Below, piece by piece: positions 56,018 to 64,000 of a stretch of DNA of 64,000 nucleotides. A model generated the notes under the pieces. It was not told the DNA's origin. It worked only from the letters and a program-made list of their open reading frames with translations, and searched no databases. This stretch comes from an uncultured delta proteobacterium (GTDB lineage Bacteria; Desulfobacterota; Desulfobacteria; Desulfobacterales; Desulfatirhabdiaceae): assembly GCA_963789395.1 (NCBI GenBank), contig CAWBKP010000019.1, forward strand, positions 128,001 through 192,000, read 5' to 3'. How positions within the stretch are numbered: the first letter of the stretch is position 1; the number at the start of each line of letters is the position of its first letter. The translations under genes were made by a program, and so were the position numbers.

Positions 56018-56550
56018 CGGCTGCCGGTCTTCCCAGAAATTGGTTTGCCCTGCATACGCGAAGCCGGTTCGAGAATGTGGTTCTGGATGGGCTTACCAGA
56101 AAGTCGGTCGAAGTTTTTTTGCCCAGAATCACGGTTCGAAGCAAGCGGGTTGACCGAAAAAAAATGATTCAGGTTCCCTTGTTCCCCGGGTATCTTTTTG
56201 TGAAAATCAGTCTGGATCCCTATGATCATCTTGAAGTCGTCAAGACCGTTGGCGTGGTTACGCTTATAGGTAATGTTCAGGGGCCGGTGCCGATCTCCAG
56301 CGAATCCATCGAATCACTGAAAATCATGGTTCAGAGCAGCCAGGAAATTTTGACCGGATCGCTATTTCAAAAAGGGGACCCGGTCATGGTTGTCAGGGGT
56401 CCTTTTGCGGGCATCACGGGCGTGTTTGTCCGATATCGCGGCAGGGGAAGGGTTATGGTGAACATTGAGGCCCTTGGGCAATATGCTGCAGTGGATGTCG
56501 GCGAGGAGGATATCGAGCTGATTCGGGATAATCTTTTGATAACCGCTTGA
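56014..56550 (+). CDS. Specialised NusG paralogue (UpxY/RfaH/LoaP-like antiterminator)
   Basis: WFALHTRSRFE, PLFPGYLFV, KOW GDPVMVVRGPFAG. Confidence 0.88.
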   Translation: MTAAGLPRNWFALHTRSRFENVVLDGLTRKSVEVFLPRITVRSKRVDRKKMIQVPLFPGYLFVKISLDPYDHLEVVKTVGVVTLIGNVQGPVPISSESIESLKIMVQSSQEILTGSLFQKGDPVMVVRGPFAGITGVFVRYRGRGRVMVNIEALGQYAAVDVGEEDIELIRDNLLITA

Positions 56551-56621
56551 CTTGTTATATCAATATGTTTTATAAATCTAATAGGATACCGTTTGATTGA
56601 CTGAGCACTCAAGGAGGGGCG

Positions 56622-56897
56622 ATGAATAAACTGGAATTAATATCCGCGCTGAAAGCCCGGACAGATATTTCAAAATCAGAAGCTGCAAGAGTTGTCGAGG
56701 TGTTTTTCGACAATATGGCGGATACCCTTGCAGCTGGAGATCGGGTGGAGATTCGCGGACTGTGCAGCTTTTATGTCAAAGTCTATAAAAGCTATACGGG
56801 CAGAAATCCCAAAACCGGTGAAAAAGTGGTGATCAAGCCCAAAAAACTGCCATTTTTCAAATCCGGAAAAGAGCTGAAGGAACGGGTGAATTATTAG
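56622..56897 (+). CDS. ihfB: Integration host factor beta / HU family
   Basis: MNKLELI, RVEIRG, GRNPKTGE, PFFKSGKELKERV; AGGAGG RBS. Confidence 0.88.
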   Translation: MNKLELISALKARTDISKSEAARVVEVFFDNMADTLAAGDRVEIRGLCSFYVKVYKSYTGRNPKTGEKVVIKPKKLPFFKSGKELKERVNY

Positions 56898-56898
56898 A

Positions 56899-57941
56899 TT
56901 TTCGTCCGGATTCGAAGCTATCGCCGGTCAAGCCTCCGCGGTCAGGTCATTGCTGCAGATCCTCAAGTGTGGAAGGCTTCCGCACGCGCTGTTGTTTACA
57001 GGCATTGACGGGGTTGGCAAACGTAGCCGCCGCAGTCCGGCTGGCCATGGCTGCCAACTGCGTGGATTATCTTGCCCGGCTGCGGCCGGATGAAAAAGCC
57101 GAGTATGCCGGATAAGTCCTTCATGCCTCCCTGCGGGCAGTGCAATCCGTGTTTACGAATCGCAGCAGGAACCCATCCGGACATTGCTTTGATCCAGCCC
57201 GAAGGCGGCGTGATCAAAATCGCTCAGGTCCGCAATCTGTGCCAAACGCTGTCGATGAAGCCCTTTGAAGGGGAAATGCGGGTTGCCATTCTCACAGATG
57301 CCCATTTGATGAACCCCTCAGCCGGCAATGCACTGCTGAAGATACTGGAGGAACCGCCGGAGCAGACGCTTTTAATCCTTACGGCCGGACAGGCCGCCGA
57401 TCTTCTGCCGACAATTGTTTCCCGTTGCCAGCATGTCCGGTTCAATCCGGTTTCCCGCACAGCCCTATCCGAGTCATTGATCCAGGATCACGGGTTCGGC
57501 ACTGACGAGGCGTCAACGCTCGCTGCCCTTGCAGGAGGCAGTTTTTCAAGGGCACTGGCAATGAAACATTCCGCCTGGATGGGCCGAAGAGACTGGCTGA
57601 TCACTGAACTTGACCGATTGGGCGCAAGCCCCCTTCATGTTGTGCTGGCGCTGTCCGAGAAACTTTCCAGGAATCGTGACGCGCTCTCTGATGTTTTTGA
57701 GATCATGCTATCCTGGTTCAGAGATCTTCTGATGGTTACCCGTGATCCTGCCAAAGTTATCAACCTGGATTGCCTGGATCTTGTTCGGAAGGCATCCCGG
57801 CGGTATCCGCCGGAAAGATTGATTCGCAGTGTCAATGCGATTATAACCGCTCAATCCCATGTTGAGGCAAGAACGAATGTCCGCCTGTCCATGGATCACC
57901 TGCTGCTGTTGATCCGCCAGCAGCTTTCGGCTTTCCAATAA
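56899..57941 (+). CDS. holB: DNA polymerase III delta prime; two N-terminal frameshifts, start approximate
   Basis: GFEAIAGQ...RLPHALLFTGIDGVGK upstream in another frame; CGQCNPC, HPD, NALLKILEEPP, LPTIVSRC. Confidence 0.88.
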
Positions 57942-57971
57942 CTCCAAACAGAACTGTTTATCGACGATATC

Positions 57972-58793
57972 ATGGGAAAAAAAGTAGGCATTCGATTCAA
58001 ACCCGCAGGAAAAGTATATGATTTTGATCCCGGAGCCTTTGTTCTGCGGCAGGGCGATTCCGTCATTGTTGAGACCAAGCAGGGACAGTGTCTGGGAACA
58101 GTGGCTGTTCCGCCTGCCGTAGTCACCGGTCCGTCGGAAGGCCAGATGCTGAAAAAAGTATTTCGAATGGCCACTGATGACGATTTGTTGCAAGTTGCGC
58201 ATAACGTTGAAACTGAAAAAAAAGCCCTGGCCTATTGCCAGATCTGCATTAAAAGGCTGGGGCTGAGCATGAATCTCTTTGCTGTTGAAAATGCATTTGA
58301 TGGCAGTAAACTGACGTTTTTCTTTACTTCGGAGAATCGCGTTGACTTCAGGCAGCTTGTCAAAATGCTGGTAAAGGAGCTGGGCGTCCGGATTGAAATG
58401 CGCCAGGTCGGCATTCGTAACCAGGCCAAGTTGTGCGGGGGAATCGGCAGGTGTGGCCGTGAAATCTGCTGCTCGACATTTCTGGATAAATTCGGGCCGG
58501 TCTCCATCCGCATGGCCAAGGAACAATGCCTTTCGCTGAATCCTACCAAAATATCCGGCCAGTGCGGCAGGCTGATGTGTTGTCTGACGTATGAATATGA
58601 AACCTACCGGGCGCTTCGTTCCGAACTGCCGAAAATCGGAAAGACAGTCACAACGCAAAAAGGGGCTGCGAAAGTCATTCGGCACAACCCGATCTGCTAT
58701 CGTATCGCTGTTCGGCTGGAAGATGGAACCGAGATTGAAATCGGTCCGGATGAAATTGTTATTGAAAGTAAAGAGGAACGTGCTGATGTGTAA
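57972..58793 (+). CDS. ricT: PSP1 domain / RicT (YaaT) family protein
   Basis: RVDFRQLVK, RIEMRQVG, CGREICC, KISGQCGRLMCCL; typical holB-ricT-metG context. Confidence 0.9.
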   Translation: MGKKVGIRFKPAGKVYDFDPGAFVLRQGDSVIVETKQGQCLGTVAVPPAVVTGPSEGQMLKKVFRMATDDDLLQVAHNVETEKKALAYCQICIKRLGLSMNLFAVENAFDGSKLTFFFTSENRVDFRQLVKMLVKELGVRIEMRQVGIRNQAKLCGGIGRCGREICCSTFLDKFGPVSIRMAKEQCLSLNPTKISGQCGRLMCCLTYEYETYRALRSELPKIGKTVTTQKGAAKVIRHNPICYRIAVRLEDGTEIEIGPDEIVIESKEERADV

Positions 58794-60708
58794 TCCATTC
58801 TTCGTTACCACCCCGATCTATTATGTGAATGCCAGGCCCCATCTCGGGCATGCCTATACAACCCTTGTTGCGGATGTCGCCACCCGCTTTAACCGGATGC
58901 TGGATAACGAAGTCTTCTTTCTGACCGGGACCGACGAACACGGGGATAAAATTGTCCGGGCCGCAAAAAAAGAAAATCTGAGCCCCCGGGTTTATGCTGA
59001 CGGCATCAGTGAGCTTTTCCGGCAATTGTGGCCTCAGCTCAATATCGATTATTCGGCGTTTATTCGAACCACGGACCCGGCGCATATTGCAGTCGTCAAA
59101 CAGGTGCTTCAAAAAATATACGATGCCGGCGATATTTACTTCAGCGAGTATGAAGGCCTGTACTGTTTTGGTTGCGAGCGGTTTTACGTCGATCGCGAGC
59201 TGGTGGACGGAAAATGCCCGGATCATGAAATGCCTCCGGAAATCATTAAAGAGTCCAATTATTTTTTCCGGATGAGTCGATATCAGGACTGGCTGATTGA
59301 AACCATTGAAACACATCAGGATTTCATCCGGCCGGAGCGATACCGTAATGAAGTTCTTTCGTTTTTAAAAGAACCCCTGGAAGATCTCTGCATCTCAAGG
59401 CCGAAGAGCCGGTTGCAATGGGGGATTTCCCTGCCCTTTGATGATAACTACGTCACCTATGTCTGGTTTGATGCGCTGCTGAATTATGTTTCGGCCCTGG
59501 GCTATCCGGAAGGAGCGTTGTTCAAGAAGTTCTGGCCTCATGCCCAGCATATTGTGGCAAAGGATATTTTAAAACCTCACGGCATCTACTGGCCCATCAT
59601 GTTGAAGGCAGCCGGCATCCCTGTTTTTAAGCATTTGAATGTCCATGGATATTGGAATGTGGATCAGAGCAAAATGTCCAAGAGTCTGGGAAACGTGATT
59701 GAGCCGCTTGAGTTGAAAAACGTTTACGGACTGGATGCTTTCAGGTATTTTCTCATGCGGGAAATGGCTTTTGGTCTGGATTCCGGGTTCAGTGAAGCGG
59801 CGCTGGTAGGAAGAATCAATGCGGATCTGGCCAATGATCTGGGAAATCTATTCTCACGGGTGACGGCCATGGCGCATAAATATTTCAAGGGCGTTGTTCC
59901 GGCGCCAGACCCTAACGTAGATCCCCTTCTGACGCAGGGGCTTCAGTCCGATGCAGCCGATGCGGTTCGTGAATTTGAATCCGGCATGTCCGAGTTTATG
60001 TTTCATAAGGCATTGATGGGGATCTGGGAATTCATCAGCCAGATGAACAAATATATCGATGTGACGGCTCCCTGGGTATTGGCCAAATCCAAATCCGCCG
60101 GCAGGGAGCTTGAAACGGTTATCTACAATCTGCTTGAGGGGCTTCGCATCATATCCGGTCTGATATTTCCGATCATGCCGGAAACCGCGGCTTCCATGCA
60201 GCGACATCTCGGGCAGGCGCCCGGAAACACTTTCTACCGCATGGCGGTTCTTTCCAAATGGGGCGGACTGGTTTCCGGTACGGTGATTCCCAAATCCATC
60301 CCCCTCTTTCCCCGAATTGATGTCAAAAACAAGGAGAACGAAACTGCTGAAGCAGATTCGCTGATGCCGGATCGACCGGTTTTTAAACCTGAAATCAGCC
60401 TGGAGGAGTTTAAAAAGGTGGATCTTCGCGTCGGCCGCGTCATCAGTGCCGAAGCAGTTCCCAAAGCAAAAAAACTCCTCAAACTCGAAGTTGATCTGGG
60501 TGAAAACCGGACAATTGTGGCGGGTATTGCCGGATCGTATGCTCCGGAAAGTCTTGTGGGCAAGCAGGTGATTGTGCTGGCAAATCTCCAGCCTGCAAAA
60601 CTGATGGGCATTTTGTCTCAGGGAATGCTCCTTGCCGCGGTGGATGACAACCGCTGCACCATAGCCACGCTGGATGGTACTGTCAAGCCGGGGACGGCGC
60701 TGTCGTGA
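58786..60708 (+). CDS. metG: Methionyl-tRNA synthetase with C-terminal tRNA-binding domain
   Basis: TTPIYYVN, HLGH, GTDEHG, YVWFDAL, KMSKS; start moved to ATG 58786. Confidence 0.98.
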   Translation: MCNPFFVTTPIYYVNARPHLGHAYTTLVADVATRFNRMLDNEVFFLTGTDEHGDKIVRAAKKENLSPRVYADGISELFRQLWPQLNIDYSAFIRTTDPAHIAVVKQVLQKIYDAGDIYFSEYEGLYCFGCERFYVDRELVDGKCPDHEMPPEIIKESNYFFRMSRYQDWLIETIETHQDFIRPERYRNEVLSFLKEPLEDLCISRPKSRLQWGISLPFDDNYVTYVWFDALLNYVSALGYPEGALFKKFWPHAQHIVAKDILKPHGIYWPIMLKAAGIPVFKHLNVHGYWNVDQSKMSKSLGNVIEPLELKNVYGLDAFRYFLMREMAFGLDSGFSEAALVGRINADLANDLGNLFSRVTAMAHKYFKGVVPAPDPNVDPLLTQGLQSDAADAVREFESGMSEFMFHKALMGIWEFISQMNKYIDVTAPWVLAKSKSAGRELETVIYNLLEGLRIISGLIFPIMPETAASMQRHLGQAPGNTFYRMAVLSKWGGLVSGTVIPKSIPLFPRIDVKNKENETAEADSLMPDRPVFKPEISLEEFKKVDLRVGRVISAEAVPKAKKLLKLEVDLGENRTIVAGIAGSYAPESLVGKQVIVLANLQPAKLMGILSQGMLLAAVDDNRCTIATLDGTVKPGTALS

Positions 60709-60803
60709 TGACAGAGATCCCACTGAAACCTAAAGGAAATGACTTGCGGGAAACGGCTGAAGCTTTCCCTTGTTGTTTTTAAAGCCGCATCACCGAGGAA
60801 GGA

Positions 60804-62198
60804 ATGAACAATAGATTTTCAATAGGCGAAGCTGGTGTTCGAGTGGATTGGTGTGATTATCAGGTGCGATTAAACCGGATTGCCGCTGCCAGGCGGCGAA
60901 CCAGGCGGATGTACCGGATTGCCGCCGTATTGACGCTGTTGATCGTTATCGGATTTTGGAGTCTGGAAGGCTCAAACGGATTATCCAGCGTTTTCAGCCA
61001 TCGTCGGGTGCCGGAGAAGACTCCGGTGGCGGTACCCGCCGTGCCCAAAATTCAAAAACTGCATGACAAGAAGGAAGTTCAGGCGTTTTTAAACGGAAAC
61101 ACATTTGTCAATCTGGCACAGAAAAGTTTTGATTCTCATATGGACGGTCGTACCTATCGCGTAGTGACGACACTGGATATGCCCCTTCAGCAGTTCATGG
61201 TAAAGAATCTGAATACCGCGAACGCCCGCCATATCGGCATCGTGGCCATTGAGCCTTCAACCGGCAGAATCCTGTCCATGGTCGGGTTTGACCGGCTCAA
61301 ACCCGCGAATAATCCCTGCCTGGACAGTATTTTTCCGGCAGCCAGCATATTTAAAATCATTACAGCCGCCGCCGCTGTTGAAAAAATCGGGCTGAATCAA
61401 GGCTCATCGCTTTCCTACACTGGCGGCAAACATACGCTCTACAAATCCCAGTTAACCGATAAATATACAAAATACACCCAAAACATCACGCTAAAGGATT
61501 CTTTTGCCCAATCGGTAAATCCGGTTTTTGGAAAAATCGGTTCCCATCTGCTTGGAAAAACGGCCATCGAACAATACGCATCCGCCTTTGGATTCAATCA
61601 TTCCATTGATTTTGAGGCGCCAATCGACTCCAGTAAACTATCCGTTGATGACGTGCCCTATCAGTTGGCTGAAATCGCCAGCGGCTACAACCGCACCACC
61701 CTGATATCGCCCCTTCACGGTGCGCTCATCGGCGCCGCCATCCTGAATCATGGGGTCATGATTGAACCCACCATGATTGACCATATCACGGATCAAAGCG
61801 GTCAAGTAATCTATCAAAGCCAAATCGAGCCGATGAAACAGGTTATTTCGGCAAAATCCTCGGACATCATGACCAGCATGATGGAAGCCACCGTGAATTC
61901 CGGAACCGGACGAAAAGCGTTCAAGGGATATCAGAAAGACAGCATTTTGTCCCGGCTGGATATTGGCGGGAAAACCGGGTCCATGGACAGCCAGTCGCAT
62001 GATGCGCATTATGACTGGTTCGTTGGATTTGCCGAAGATCCGGCCAGCGGGAAAAAAGTGGTGGTTTCCGTGGTTGTGGCTCACGAAAAGTACATTGGCA
62101 CCCGCTCCGGTTATTATGCCCGGATTTTGATGAAAGAGTATTTTTCGAATTTTTTTGCCGCTGCCGGGCATAAGTCGAAGCAGAAGGATAGCAGTTGA
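60804..62198 (+). CDS. Penicillin-binding protein (transpeptidase domain with TM anchor)
   Basis: ASIFK (SxxK), SVN, KTG motifs; one N-terminal TM. Confidence 0.9.
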   Translation: MNNRFSIGEAGVRVDWCDYQVRLNRIAAARRRTRRMYRIAAVLTLLIVIGFWSLEGSNGLSSVFSHRRVPEKTPVAVPAVPKIQKLHDKKEVQAFLNGNTFVNLAQKSFDSHMDGRTYRVVTTLDMPLQQFMVKNLNTANARHIGIVAIEPSTGRILSMVGFDRLKPANNPCLDSIFPAASIFKIITAAAAVEKIGLNQGSSLSYTGGKHTLYKSQLTDKYTKYTQNITLKDSFAQSVNPVFGKIGSHLLGKTAIEQYASAFGFNHSIDFEAPIDSSKLSVDDVPYQLAEIASGYNRTTLISPLHGALIGAAILNHGVMIEPTMIDHITDQSGQVIYQSQIEPMKQVISAKSSDIMTSMMEATVNSGTGRKAFKGYQKDSILSRLDIGGKTGSMDSQSHDAHYDWFVGFAEDPASGKKVVVSVVVAHEKYIGTRSGYYARILMKEYFSNFFAAAGHKSKQKDSS

Positions 62199-62238
62199 AA
62201 AAGACGGCTGCTGAAATATTCATGGGAGGAGGCCTGTC

Positions 62239-64000
<1,762 letters not shown>

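Noticed and set aside
57708..58811. 367-aa minus-strand ORF (likewise 61921-63051, 516-1544, 26599-27549)
   Set aside because: Antisense to well-supported genes; expected from codon bias

Overview
Bacterial chromosomal window of roughly 50% GC. Gene content and protein style suggest a sulfate-reducer-like Desulfobacterota (Desulfobacterales); this is inference. 1-21.6 kb is a chemotaxis/flagellar region: cheA-cheR-cheD-HDOD-cheY-cheX-cheB, flgK, PilZ-like, motAB, flgL, second cheD, cheW, MCP, PAS hybrid kinase with a sigma54 activator, and a lytic transglycosylase, with recognisable sigma54 and sigma28 promoters. 21.7-64 kb is mostly housekeeping: PBP1A, hisI/hisG, sdhCAB, larE, gspGHIJ, queG, a TIR-domain gene, 5-FTHF cyclo-ligase, serS, thrC, LysM and TPR proteins, argJ, rluB-like, a cysteine synthase::cysteinyl-tRNA synthetase fusion, tmk, yhaM, surE, lptD, a GDP-heptose-type sugar cluster with a NusG paralogue, ihfB, holB, ricT/PSP1, metG, a PBP and kdnA/kdnB (runs off the end). 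About ten genes, including normally essential ones, carry small frameshifts that look like assembly errors. I found no rRNA, tRNA, CRISPR array or intact mobile element. Best leads: (1) the CysK-CysRS fusion with degenerate HIGH/KMSKS motifs; (2) a lone TIR + beta-rich protein; (3) an MshEN-like c-di-GMP motif inside CheA; (4) a CheD paralogue lacking its catalytic residues; (5) a shared palindrome and other structured elements between convergent genes.
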